A stretch of DNA of 64,000 bases from an uncultured delta proteobacterium (GTDB lineage Bacteria; Myxococcota; Myxococcia; Myxococcales; Myxococcaceae). Made by a program: the position numbers and the translations under genes. The DNA lies in NCBI GenBank assembly GCA_963713045.1, contig CAVQKE010000004.1, positions 1,184,001 to 1,248,000 of the forward strand. The letters are read 5' to 3'. A model generated the notes under the pieces. That model did no database searches, had not been told where the DNA came from, and was given only the letters and a program-made list of their open reading frames with translations. Shown here in pieces: positions 41,620 through 51,990 of the stretch. How positions within the stretch are numbered: the first letter of the stretch is position 1; each line of letters begins with the position of its first letter.

Positions 41620-44600
41620 ATCGCCTCGACTCCGAGTTCTTTTGTAAACAACGCCCGCTCTTCACGCGACAGCTTCATGAGCGCTTTTCGGTCTCCTCGC
41701 TTGAAAAACTCCAAACCCACGGTCAAAAGGAGAATCGATACAGATACATTGACGTGCTTGGCCACCACGTTCTCAAGGACCCACGATGTATCTGAAAAAC
41801 GTTCTTCTGCTTGGGTTTTGTGCTCTCTGAGAAAGCTGAACACCGTAAGCGATAAAGCCTGCTCGAACATGCCGATCAGCTTCTCTCGACCGAGCAATTC
41901 GAGCACCGGGTCAAGGAAGGTGGCCATCTGGGAACGTGTGCAGAAGGAGAACAAAGTGGTCAAGTTCGAGTGAACCCCCTGCACGACGACGGTCGAGTCG
42001 TGAGACCTCTGGCTGTGAGCCTGCACGCCTTTCTTCATAATATGAGCTGCATCGCCGACCCGTCCCAGTTTGAGCAGGACCATGGATAGGTTGAAAAGCG
42101 TTTCGCTATCATTCGGGTCTCGTTCCAAGATTGCCTCGTAATCCGCAACTGCCCCTGCCAGATCACCCGCCGCAGCCTTAACATCACCTCTAGCCCTAAG
42201 ACTGCGCACTTTGTCTAACTGTTCCAGCGCGGTCGAGAACATCTGAACAGCTTCGGTATACCGCGTATCCGTGAGCGTCCCATCCAACTCCACGGCTCGG
42301 CGCAGTTGCCGCTCGGCTTCGACGTTGTCGCCGGTGACTAACGCAACCAAACCACCGAGCAGAAATTTGATGCGGTTGTCCGGTTGGAGTTTCTGGACGA
42401 CTAAGACCTGTTCGACAGCCTCCGAGAAACGCTGTGTTTGCATCAGAATACGGGCCAGATTTAACCTAGATGTAGAATGTTCTGCCTCGTGTTCAATGGC
42501 TTTCCGGAGAAGCGCTTCCGCCTCTTCAAGACGCTCTGCCTTGATTAGGACCTCGGACAGCGCGAAAACAGAGTCTGCGGTCGACTTTAACTCGACAGCT
42601 CTCCGAAAACCTACTTCGGCCTCGCTGGATTCGCCGAGCGCCCAGTGCGCATCTCCGAGTGCCTTCCAGGCATCCGCGTTGTTCGGCTCCAAAGAGGTTG
42701 CGGTTTCGAGAAATTCGATCCCCTCCTTGCCGCGCTCGGTCTTTATCAACAATTTGCCAAGTTGTATCAGCGATTCCGTAAGTGTCCCATCCAACTCCAC
42801 GGCTCGGCGCAGTTGTCGCTCGGCTTCAACGTTGTCGCCGGCGACTAACGCAAACGAACCGCCGAGTTGAAAAATTCTGGCGTTGTTCGGTTTGAGCTTC
42901 TGGAGGACTAAGACCTGTTCGAAAGCCTCCGAAAAACGCTTTGTTTGATTCAGAATATCGATCAAATATAACCTAGATTGCAAATGTTCTGTCTCGTGTT
43001 CAATGGCGGTCCGGAGAAGCGCTTCCGCCTCCTCAAGACGCTCTGCCTTGATCAGGAACTTGGACAATGCAGAAACAGAATTAGCGTCCGGCCTCAACTC
43101 GGTAGCTCTCCGATAACTGGCTTCAGCCTTGCTGGATTCGCCGAGCGCCCAGTGCGCGTCTCCCAGTGCCTTCCAAGCATCGGCGTTGTTCGGCCCCAAC
43201 GAGGTTGCGGTTTTGAGATATTTGATCCCCTCTTTGCCACGCCCGACCTTCATCAACAGCGAGCCGAGGCATTGCAATGTGAGAGCATCTTTCGGAGCGC
43301 GCTTTAAAACAGTGCGATAGCGCGATTCCGCCTCCGCATTGCGTCCAAGACTCTCCAGGATCAGTCCCACCAGACTATGCGCAGCTACGTTGCCGGGATC
43401 CAATTCAGCAGCCGCATGGCTCTCCTCCAGAGCCTGAACGAGTCGTCCTGTCGCCACTAGGCTTCTGACTAGTGCTAAGTGCGGTTTAGCGTTGGTCGGA
43501 TCGGCCTGAGCGGCCCGATGCCATGCGTCCTCAGCGTCAATGGTATGCCCGAGTTTATCGTGCAAATTCCCAAGTAGCATCAGGTCCTCAGCCTTTACGA
43601 CGACTGAACCATTCAGCAGCACTTTAACATGTTCCAACGCTTCGCTGGTTCGGCTATTCCCCTCCAACACCGCGATCAGCGTCTTGCGAGCGTCGGCGTT
43701 TGTGGCGTCGAGTTCAATTGCCCTCCGGCAGCAGATCTCCGCCCCTTCATTGTCCCCGATTCGAAACAGCATAGTTGCCAGTCTTACTCGTAAAATTGGG
43801 TCATCCGGTTTATTATTCGCGGTTCTCTGAAGAACAGCGCATGCCTCTCTCAACTTGCCACGCTCGACATATGCATCGGCTTCCATGAGCGTTATTTCCG
43901 CATCCTTCGATTCCCCAAGGTGCTTGGCAAAGGAAATGATTTCGTCATAGCCTCCATGTGTCTCCAGATCGTGGAAAAAGATTTTCAGTTCCTCCTGCGG
44001 GTTCGTAATCTCAGGCGAGCCATCTAGTCGATGATCAGGGTGGTACTGAAGCAGCGCCTTCAGATAAAGCTCCGCTTCGGTCTGATGCGACGAAACCTCG
44101 GCGTTCATTGTCCGAGCGAGCAGGCCAAAGCCGCGCGCGCGTAGCTCGAGTTCCTGCGCGGTGTAGAAATTCCCTAGGAAATCCACGAACAAGCGAATCG
44201 GGGCGCCCTTATGATCCAGATCTGCTTCGTAACAGATTCGGAACAGCGCCTCGGAAATTTCGTAATACGTCTCTCGCCCTTGCGGAATCCGCTCCACGAA
44301 GCCCTTATCTAGGAGAGCTTTCATCTGGCTCGACACTGTATTCGAAGTTGCCAGACACCCCCGCGCAATCTCCTTCACCGTTTTGGGCGTTCGCTCCATG
44401 CTTAGATACTGCACAATTTTCTGCTGTTGAGCGGAAAGACTACGCATCTGCTCCTGGTAATAGGGCTTCAACGGCTTCAAAGCTTCAATGAATGCGTCGC
44501 TGAGCTTCGACACCAAAGCGGCCGAGAGAAAGTCATAGAACGTAACCAGAAGCCGGTGGTTGCCTCCAGTGAAGTCGTAAATCGCGCGCACGCGGCCCAA

Positions 44601-45356
44601 GCGCTCCACGGTGCCGAGTAATTTTACCACGTCCGAATTACCGTACGCTGAAGCGATCGCTCTGATGAATTCCACCGCCTGATCGAACGTCAGTGTTGTT
44701 AGATGCGTGATATGAAAAAATTCGTAGAATGGCGCATTTGGCTCGCTGATGCCGTCGATGAGTGCCTGCGCGGATGCAAAGAGCATGAACCTAGGGTGTT
44801 GCTGGACAAGGTCGCGCAACGCCTGCTGCCCTTTGCGTCCAAAACCCTGTTTTGAGTCGAAGGTCACGCCGAGGTTCTCCATGATTATGAGCAGATCCCT
44901 CGTACCGGCCGCCTCGAGCAATAACTCCAAGGCCCTGCGCTGCTGTCCGCTGGGCGAAAGATCGTACAACTCGTCCAATCCTCGGGCTATTTCGGTCTTT
45001 TCCGGATACCAGGCCAGAATCGCCCTCAGTAAGCGCACTAAAAAATCCCGGAATGAGGCTATTCCGAGTTCATCCTCGAGCAGATAGATAATGAGTAGGC
45101 GGTCTCTGAGTGCAGTGTTACGCCAAAGACGAGTATGCAACACCTTAAGTAAGTGTGTCTTGCCCGAACCTCGAGGCCCAATGATCAGACGCTGATATTT
45201 GTTTGCACCGCCAGCGCCATCAATAGCAAGCTGTTCCAGTTTGTCTGTCAGCGCCTTCCCGCCGACCAACGTCTTTTCTAGCAGGTCCGGATCCGCCCAT
45301 CGCGGCGAGAACGGTTGAAGCGTGCTTGTTCCCTGAAAGCCATCGCCTATGGTCAT
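41616..45356 (-). CDS. STAND-like ATPase + winged HTH + TPR array protein
   Basis: GPRGSGKT, LLIIMENL, FTGGNHR, wHTH (TVKEIARGC...VSSQMKALLDKGFV), many TPRs; ATGA overlap with the upstream ATPase gene. Confidence 0.8.
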   Translation of the reverse strand: MTIGDGFQGTSTLQPFSPRWADPDLLEKTLVGGKALTDKLEQLAIDGAGGANKYQRLIIGPRGSGKTHLLKVLHTRLWRNTALRDRLLIIYLLEDELGIASFRDFLVRLLRAILAWYPEKTEIARGLDELYDLSPSGQQRRALELLLEAAGTRDLLIIMENLGVTFDSKQGFGRKGQQALRDLVQQHPRFMLFASAQALIDGISEPNAPFYEFFHITHLTTLTFDQAVEFIRAIASAYGNSDVVKLLGTVERLGRVRAIYDFTGGNHRLLVTFYDFLSAALVSKLSDAFIEALKPLKPYYQEQMRSLSAQQQKIVQYLSMERTPKTVKEIARGCLATSNTVSSQMKALLDKGFVERIPQGRETYYEISEALFRICYEADLDHKGAPIRLFVDFLGNFYTAQELELRARGFGLLARTMNAEVSSHQTEAELYLKALLQYHPDHRLDGSPEITNPQEELKIFFHDLETHGGYDEIISFAKHLGESKDAEITLMEADAYVERGKLREACAVLQRTANNKPDDPILRVRLATMLFRIGDNEGAEICCRRAIELDATNADARKTLIAVLEGNSRTSEALEHVKVLLNGSVVVKAEDLMLLGNLHDKLGHTIDAEDAWHRAAQADPTNAKPHLALVRSLVATGRLVQALEESHAAAELDPGNVAAHSLVGLILESLGRNAEAESRYRTVLKRAPKDALTLQCLGSLLMKVGRGKEGIKYLKTATSLGPNNADAWKALGDAHWALGESSKAEASYRRATELRPDANSVSALSKFLIKAERLEEAEALLRTAIEHETEHLQSRLYLIDILNQTKRFSEAFEQVLVLQKLKPNNARIFQLGGSFALVAGDNVEAERQLRRAVELDGTLTESLIQLGKLLIKTERGKEGIEFLETATSLEPNNADAWKALGDAHWALGESSEAEVGFRRAVELKSTADSVFALSEVLIKAERLEEAEALLRKAIEHEAEHSTSRLNLARILMQTQRFSEAVEQVLVVQKLQPDNRIKFLLGGLVALVTGDNVEAERQLRRAVELDGTLTDTRYTEAVQMFSTALEQLDKVRSLRARGDVKAAAGDLAGAVADYEAILERDPNDSETLFNLSMVLLKLGRVGDAAHIMKKGVQAHSQRSHDSTVVVQGVHSNLTTLFSFCTRSQMATFLDPVLELLGREKLIGMFEQALSLTVFSFLREHKTQAEERFSDTSWVLENVVAKHVNVSVSILLLTVGLEFFKRGDRKALMKLSREERALFTKELGVEAI
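42270..43245 (-). repeat. Internal 507-bp-period duplication (about 5 TPRs)
   Basis: CCCATCCAACTCCACGGCTCGGCGCAG at 42279 and 42786; duplicated NNADAWKALGDAHWALGESS. Confidence 0.85.
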
Positions 45357-46540
45357 GCCCGATTGATCCTCCACCATTCCCGCATCAGCCGATATCGGAA
45401 TTTATATTTACGTTCGCCAGATAAAGTATCGCGCAACAGATAGTTGTCGTCCGTCAGCAGTTCTACAACACGCTGCACCCCAGACTGCGTTGCGGCGCTG
45501 TCACTAGCTTTTACGGCATTAACGATAGCTGCCTCTGCAAAGAAATTCTCTTCTCTGCTGAGTCGGTTGAGAATGAATGAAGCGGTATCGTTGAAGCCGA
45601 GTTTCGCATAATAGCCCTCAATACGCTGGGCCGCGTCTCTGAACCATGTTACTTGCCGGTTAGCCAGCATGTTGTCCAAGATCCGATCGACGTCCCCCGG
45701 CACGACCTCACGCGTCCGCATGTCCTGCAAGGCCTCGCAGACGTACTGGATGTATATCGGCAGACCATCGGTTCGGAAGTGCATTTGCTCTGCCACGGCC
45801 GTACGCGTATTCCGCGTGATACCTTCCTCGTCCAGGTATTGGCCGCACATCAATTCCGTGTCATTAGGGTGCATGCCGGTAAGGACGAACAGATGCATGT
45901 CATTCGTAGGAGCACCCTTGTACCCGTGATCTAGCTTCAGGTGCTGAAGTACGAGATGAAAGCCGATCGAGCCCGAGAGCACAAATCTTACACGATCGGT
46001 TGATTCGAATTGCTGACGAATCTCGCGGAGCGCGTCGAGAAACTGCATTGCAAGAGCGGGGCCGTGGTCGTCAGCAATATTCCAGACCATCAGCGGGAAC
46101 TCATCAATCATGATGATGACGCCGGTATCGCTGTGGTCTACGATGTCCTCGACCAACAGACCCATCAACCGTCGCCAATCGGCCTTAAGTTCAGGAAGCT
46201 TCCATCCTCCGAACTCCGCTGATGTGAGCTTTTCATACGCCGTCCGGACCCGCTTCAACCAGACTCCTTTCGAACTTCGTATCTGTGCCTCAGACGCTTT
46301 ATCGTACATGGCCGCTACACAATCGATTGGGTGACGAGCAGATTCGACGAAGACGAGCAAAGGCGTCCAGCCGCTTCGAGGCTGATCAGCCATTTTGCGC
46401 AGAAGAGAAGTTTTGCCGACGCGGCGTTCGGCTGAGAGAACCACGCTTCGCTTCTGCAGCTTACTCCATAGTTCTTCGAGTTCGGCTGAGCGACCAATAA
46501 TCGCATTTCCGGTCAAAGTACCACCAGGATTAGCTTTCAT
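45353..46540 (-). CDS. AAA+/STAND-like ATPase
   Basis: IIGRSAEL, AERRVGKT, IIMIDEF, VLSGSIG, TDGLPIYIQ, C-terminal wHTH-like segment. Confidence 0.82.
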   Translation of the reverse strand: MKANPGGTLTGNAIIGRSAELEELWSKLQKRSVVLSAERRVGKTSLLRKMADQPRSGWTPLLVFVESARHPIDCVAAMYDKASEAQIRSSKGVWLKRVRTAYEKLTSAEFGGWKLPELKADWRRLMGLLVEDIVDHSDTGVIIMIDEFPLMVWNIADDHGPALAMQFLDALREIRQQFESTDRVRFVLSGSIGFHLVLQHLKLDHGYKGAPTNDMHLFVLTGMHPNDTELMCGQYLDEEGITRNTRTAVAEQMHFRTDGLPIYIQYVCEALQDMRTREVVPGDVDRILDNMLANRQVTWFRDAAQRIEGYYAKLGFNDTASFILNRLSREENFFAEAAIVNAVKASDSAATQSGVQRVVELLTDDNYLLRDTLSGERKYKFRYRLMREWWRINRA

Positions 46541-46863
46541 CGTACGATCATTTTAACGTACGTTGTTTTTGACGTCAAATTAAGGCGATTGAAAACTTTA
46601 CGTAACGGCCCTTCAATTCGTGCCATCAGGGATAAGGTTTACACAATTTGGACCTCGGGTGCCGGCAGACTAGAGAGTGAATCGCTACGCTTTGGCGGCG
46701 GGATAGCCGCGCGGGCCGCGAACGTTTTATCCTCGAAATAAAGAGGCTGTCGTCCATAGATCGCCAACCCTGCTGGCAGCGGCGGGCGAGGCGGATATCG
46801 TTGAGAAAGTTGAGCAGTAGCCCGCGCCCGGGTTGTTAGTAGGAGACCGGGAAAAACCGGGGG

Positions 46864-48261
46864 CTATGCCGCCTTAGCATCGCATGTCTCCTGCATTGCT
46901 GGATACCAATGCGATAGCGTCGAGCGCCACTCCTCATTCAAAACGCGGGTCCGCACTTGCAGTAAAAGATGGGCACCGCGGTCGGTCCACCGCATCTGCT
47001 GTTTCTTAACCATCCGCTTGCTCACAACTTGATTGATGGCTGATTCAACGAAGGCTGTCGAGATGGTCTCTCCGTGCCGGTAACGATCGCCGTAGTTCGG
47101 AATGAATGTTCGATTGGCAGTGATGTAAATCCCGAATTCTCGAACCGCTTTCAGCAACTTTCGTTGCTCCTGGCTATTCTCTTCGAGGTCCAGATCGTAT
47201 TCCAGATCTTTCACAATTTGTAACGCTTTGTGAACATTCCCATGCCAGAGATTCCATTTGAGGCGCTTGAGGTCTTTTCCTATTTCGGCGCTCAGATTCG
47301 GTTGGTCATCAGCCTCGATACTCTTGGCTAGCTGACTCATCACCGTCAGCCTCATCGAAATGTGGAACCAGTCCAGAAGATGCTCGGCCTGCGGATTCAG
47401 GTACATTTGGAGATCGCGGACAGTGTCGCCGCCGTCCGATAAGAACGTGACCGCTTGGTTCATCTGCATTCCTTGAGATTTGAGCATCTCGAACAAACGA
47501 CGTTTGGGCTTGGTGTCGTAGCGATTTACAAATCCGAAGCATTTCGAAGATTCGCCGTCCTGGGACATACTCTTACCGACGATCACCTCGAACCATCCTT
47601 CCGCTCGCGACTGCTGGTCTTTTGCATGGACATAACCGCCGTCGATTCCAACGATAAGCGGTGCGGCTGGATCCGGAAGCTGATCCCAGTCTCGCTGGCA
47701 GCCACCAATAAACATGTCCTGCTCTTCTCCCAATTCGTCTTCTAACCGTTGGGCCGTTCGGCATATCCGTTGCCTGATCGCTGTCGTGCTGAGCTCCCGG
47801 CCGATCGGAAGCACCTCCTTCAAGAGCTCGACGGTGAGCCCGTAAGAAACAAGAGCCGCAAACTTGGTCTCCAGATATACCAACTCTGGAGAACTGCGCT
47901 CCTGCAACAACTCAGCTAACGGGCTGAAGCTTGTCCTCTCATCCGATTCGCACTGGCAACGATAAAGCCGTGGACTCTCCAACCTCAATTTGCCAAACGG
48001 CGTGCGAAAAACAATATGATGACGACCTTTACAAGAACGTTCATGGCCGCAATGGGAGCATGTGCGCTGTTGGGCCATAAACTCTGCTGCCTGCTGCTCG
48101 ACCACTGTTTGCTCTATCCCAGCGAGAATCGATCGCGCTTCTGCAAGCGTCAGCCCGAGGGTCTCCTGTCGTAGGGTGCCGCGATCCAGGCGCGCCACGT
48201 CCTGGGCGACATTTAGTTGACCATCATCTGACTCAACCGTGATTTGGATCTTGATCTTCAT
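46864..48261 (-). CDS. ISKra4-family transposase
   Basis: VGIDGGYV, FLSDGG, LLDWFHI, ISTAFVES. Confidence 0.92.
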   Translation of the reverse strand: MKIKIQITVESDDGQLNVAQDVARLDRGTLRQETLGLTLAEARSILAGIEQTVVEQQAAEFMAQQRTCSHCGHERSCKGRHHIVFRTPFGKLRLESPRLYRCQCESDERTSFSPLAELLQERSSPELVYLETKFAALVSYGLTVELLKEVLPIGRELSTTAIRQRICRTAQRLEDELGEEQDMFIGGCQRDWDQLPDPAAPLIVGIDGGYVHAKDQQSRAEGWFEVIVGKSMSQDGESSKCFGFVNRYDTKPKRRLFEMLKSQGMQMNQAVTFLSDGGDTVRDLQMYLNPQAEHLLDWFHISMRLTVMSQLAKSIEADDQPNLSAEIGKDLKRLKWNLWHGNVHKALQIVKDLEYDLDLEENSQEQRKLLKAVREFGIYITANRTFIPNYGDRYRHGETISTAFVESAINQVVSKRMVKKQQMRWTDRGAHLLLQVRTRVLNEEWRSTLSHWYPAMQETCDAKAA

Positions 48262-48269
48262 CGCCGCCT

Positions 48270-48956
48270 CTACTGCCAGAGCCATTCTTCATCGCCTTGC
48301 GCATACTGCTTGAGCCGGCGATTGAGCTTTCGTCGATCAAAACGATCAGGGTGGAACCGTTCGTACGTCTCCAGCCGATCAACTGCTTCCTCTAGAGCAT
48401 CGACGTCCCCAAGAGCATCTCGGATTGTCTCGTGACCTTGAGATTCAAGTACACGACCTACTGTCTCGGCGATCAGTTGGAGTTCATCCATGGGTGGATT
48501 CCAGCGGTGATGGTCCATCTTCTCCATGTAGGCTTCCGGCCCACCGCAATCTTCGGGCGGTGATGCACAAGCCCCACCAACGCAAACCGGGTAGAGCTTC
48601 TTTTCGCGGACGGGCTCGATGCCTTCGAAGCGGATCTGATGTTGCCACAGATCGCCGAAATCATATTCGTAAAGAAAGCGCTCGTTGATGCGGAAATGGA
48701 ATTGGGAAAGAAGTGCTTTCTTCGCGTGGGTCCTGAACCGGGTGCAGCCGATCCGGCTCAGACCATACTCCTTGCCGCGAATCACGAAACGATGGAGGTG
48801 AAAGTCGCTCCAATCGAATGCGATCTGGAGCAGCACGTGCAGTGTGGCGATGCTGCTGTCACTGCGCACGTGCAGACGCCGCCAAATCGGTGGGTTAATC
48901 TGGAGGAGCAGAATGTGGAGTTGGTAAATTTCGGCGGGAGCGTTTAACTGGACCAT
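48270..48956 (-). CDS. Plasmid pRiA4b ORF-3 family protein
   Basis: YQLHI...PPIWRRL...HLHRF, YEYDFGDLW, PPEDCGG. Confidence 0.9.
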   Translation of the reverse strand: MVQLNAPAEIYQLHILLLQINPPIWRRLHVRSDSSIATLHVLLQIAFDWSDFHLHRFVIRGKEYGLSRIGCTRFRTHAKKALLSQFHFRINERFLYEYDFGDLWQHQIRFEGIEPVREKKLYPVCVGGACASPPEDCGGPEAYMEKMDHHRWNPPMDELQLIAETVGRVLESQGHETIRDALGDVDALEEAVDRLETYERFHPDRFDRRKLNRRLKQYAQGDEEWLWQ

Positions 48957-49013
48957 AGTAGCTCATCATCGCTTGTCGCGGCCGTTGTCAGCCCCCGGTT
49001 TTTCCCGGTCTCC

Positions 49014-49086
49014 TATATCTGCTTTCCTCGAGAAGCCCTTCTCGCGGGAGACAAGTTGTAGCGCAGTGAAGAAGGCGATAGGCTCA
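49014..49086 (+). pseudogene. Response-regulator C-terminal fragment
   Basis: ISAFLEKPFSRE...AVKKAIGS resembles the same segment of 53962-54435; cut by the IS end. Confidence 0.6.
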
Positions 49087-49337
49087 CTGCGTGCCGTTCA
49101 AGGGCAAATGAGCGGTAGCGATACGGTCGACCGGCGCAAGACCCGCGCTCCGAAGATGGCGTGTTGCATGGCAGCGGTTAAGGCCTTATTCCGCAAGGTG
49201 ACATTGGACAGCACGCTGAGGTGTGATGCCCGCCAGTCACCGCTCTTCCAAGGTCTCGTTTGGGCCACCTCCATCGGGGACGATGGAAAGGCAGGTGTGC
49301 GCGGCCTGGTAGCGAAAAGCAGCTTGCCCTCGCGCCA

Positions 49338-51767
49338 TCAGACGATCAAATCACGGATCGGAACTCCAAACTTTGAACGGCGACCGCCGCAAACATCAAT
49401 GAAGCGCTTTAATCGTTGTCGATAATGGTCCACCGAAATGGTTAGTGACTCCTTTAGATCAGCGACAGATTTCTGCTCAAGTTGAGAGTGTGACGAATTC
49501 GCAGCCTCTTCCACGATTCCGCAGAAATAGGCCGCACGCGTCGCGCCAACGTACCCGGCGCAACCCTTCAGTTTGTGCGCCTCCGCGGCAAGGACCTTCG
49601 GATCGTCCGCCAACTCGGGCAACCGACTTGCCAACTGTGCGGCTTGTCCAATAAAGAGTTGGAGAATATCGGTAACAAACTCGTCAGGTTCATTGACTTC
49701 GAAGAGTTCGTTCAATTGGCACTCGTCGCACACAGGTAAAGCGGAGCCCGATGTGGGCGAAGGTCGATCAGGCGATCCTATTTTGATGGTTGCCTCGAGC
49801 ACCTCTTTCAAAGCATCAATGTGCAACGGCTTGGTGAGCTTATCATTCATACCTGCTCCAAGGCACCTTTCCCGTTCCTCGCTGAGAGCATTCGCAGTGA
49901 GACCGACGATTCGCGGTTGTTTTGAACTAGATAATGAGAGGCGAATCTGGTAAGTGGCCTGTAAACCGTCGATTTCCGGCATCTGTACATCCATCAAAAT
50001 GAGGTCAAACGCCTCGCTTTGTGCGGCAGCGATTGCCTGACGTCCGTCTTCCGCTTCCGAAATCTTCCGGACCCCAAGCTTTTGCAATTGCGAGATGCAA
50101 ACACGACGGTTCACCGCGTTGTCATCCGCCACCAGAATGTTGAGCCCTGAGATCATCGGATCTGCCTCCGAAAGTGTTTCAGGTGAGCGGTTTACGTCGC
50201 TGGCATTGGCTAATACCCCAACGGCCTGGAGGAAGCGGCTCTTCTTAAGCGGAAGCGAGAGCACAGTTGCGCTCGGATAACGGTTCGCCGATTCGGAGAT
50301 GTTCTTGGAACGAGTCAGAAGGAGAACTGTTATTGGACTGAACTGCGGGATCTGGCTCTCGCAGTGATCGGCGTCGATGATCAAGTAGTCCAATTGCGCG
50401 CCATCGAGATTTTCCGGTTGATCGGGTCGGACGATTAGTTCCAAGGCAAGTTCTTCAGCCCAATTGGCAAGCAATCGGATGAGTCGGGCATTCTGGACCA
50501 GTGCAACCATCCGCTTGCCATGTAAATCCTGGCCTTTGGGGGCGGTCTCCCTGATGTCTGCGGCTGGAAGTGGGACGGCAAAATGGAATTGCGTGCCTTT
50601 CCCGACCGTGCTTTCCACCCATACCCGACCTCCCATTAATGCCGTCAAATTGCGACAGATCGACAGGCCCAAGCCAGTGCCGCCAAAACGCCGATTCGTC
50701 GACTCGTCCACTTGGCTGAAGGACCGAAAAAGCCGATCGAGTTTTTCTGGCGGGATACCCACGCCGGTATCTTCCACGCAAAAATGTACCATGTTGTCGA
50801 CATCGGCTGAAGGCTCTATCTGCAGGTAGATTTCGCCGCTGGAGGTGAACTTGATCGCGTTGTTCAGAAGATTGAGCAGAACTTGCCTCACCCTAGTGAC
50901 GTCGCCGGCCAAGGTAGAAGCCATTCGTGGGTCGATCCAGGCGCTGATTTCAAGCCCTTTCCCGAACGCCATCGGTGCCAATAGATCCATTACCTGATCG
51001 ACCACGTCGCGGAGCACAAAGGGAATTGACTCCAATTCGAGTTTGCCGGATTCGATCTTGGACAGGTCCAGGATATCGTTGATGATATGTAAAAGAGTTT
51101 CCCCGCTTGTTCGAATGACTTCGACCAACTCGCGCTGATGAGTGTCGAGGCTCGTGTCAGAAAGAATCTCTGTCATGCCAAGGACCCCAACCAACGGCGT
51201 GCGTATCTCATGGCTCACATTTGCGAAAAATACCGACTTAAAACGAGTTGCCTCCTCCAGCTTTTCATTGAGAATCTCTAACTCGCAGTTTTTCTCCGTC
51301 AGTTCCCTTTGACTCGCTTGGAGTGCTTGAAACGCCCGCTGACGTTGCAAAGAGTGTATGTATGCTCCGGAATGCATACGCACCCGCGCGAGTAATTCGA
51401 TGCGGTTAGGCAATTTTACTATGTAATCATTGGCTCCGGATTCAAACGCCATCTGTTTAGTAGCAGGGTCCTCTTTGCTAGAAAGGACAATGACAGGAAC
51501 CGCGCGAGTGAACGGGTTGTTGCGGTATTCTCTCAGCAGGTCAAATCCGTTCACCCCGGGCATCACAAGGTCTTGCAAGATCACGGTCGGGCCAACCTTT
51601 CTGGCCAATTCGATCGCTTGCGTAGGATCGCTCACATAATGGAAGGCGATCGTCGGATCGATTGCTAGCATGCGTCGAACGCCTTCGGCTACCATTGCCT
51701 GGTCGTCTACCAACAACACCAAGATCTTATCTGTGGCGCTTTCGATCTCTGTGATTATCGAACTCAT
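49338..51767 (-). CDS. Hybrid histidine kinase (REC-HisKA-HATPase-REC-Hpt)
   Basis: LLVDDQ, SHEIRTP, NLLNNAIKF, GGTGLGL, LMDVQMP, AHKLKG. Confidence 0.93.
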   Translation of the reverse strand: MSSIITEIESATDKILVLLVDDQAMVAEGVRRMLAIDPTIAFHYVSDPTQAIELARKVGPTVILQDLVMPGVNGFDLLREYRNNPFTRAVPVIVLSSKEDPATKQMAFESGANDYIVKLPNRIELLARVRMHSGAYIHSLQRQRAFQALQASQRELTEKNCELEILNEKLEEATRFKSVFFANVSHEIRTPLVGVLGMTEILSDTSLDTHQRELVEVIRTSGETLLHIINDILDLSKIESGKLELESIPFVLRDVVDQVMDLLAPMAFGKGLEISAWIDPRMASTLAGDVTRVRQVLLNLLNNAIKFTSSGEIYLQIEPSADVDNMVHFCVEDTGVGIPPEKLDRLFRSFSQVDESTNRRFGGTGLGLSICRNLTALMGGRVWVESTVGKGTQFHFAVPLPAADIRETAPKGQDLHGKRMVALVQNARLIRLLANWAEELALELIVRPDQPENLDGAQLDYLIIDADHCESQIPQFSPITVLLLTRSKNISESANRYPSATVLSLPLKKSRFLQAVGVLANASDVNRSPETLSEADPMISGLNILVADDNAVNRRVCISQLQKLGVRKISEAEDGRQAIAAAQSEAFDLILMDVQMPEIDGLQATYQIRLSLSSSKQPRIVGLTANALSEERERCLGAGMNDKLTKPLHIDALKEVLEATIKIGSPDRPSPTSGSALPVCDECQLNELFEVNEPDEFVTDILQLFIGQAAQLASRLPELADDPKVLAAEAHKLKGCAGYVGATRAAYFCGIVEEAANSSHSQLEQKSVADLKESLTISVDHYRQRLKRFIDVCGGRRSKFGVPIRDLIV

Positions 51768-51990
51768 TTTCCCCCGTTGTTAACCTCGCTCATCGCTCTT
51801 TTTGGATATCAGGCCCATGGCTGCTCTTAAAACGGCCCATTGAGGGCGCCGCTGGCAAAAGCTTTGTTCGTGCTGGGAACCCAATCATCGGTCAGCTGCC
51901 TCTTCGGTATGACCTTGGCGGGCTCGGCACTGGTATGCGTATTTATATTTACCATAACTACGATATAAAACGAGCATATTCTGAGATCCC

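Larger units (their letters stand above)
46842..49013 (-). mobile_element. Second ISKra4-family lineage (pRiA4b ORF-3 gene + transposase)
   Basis: Perfect TIRs GGAGACCGGGAAAAACCGGGGGCT. Confidence 0.9.
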
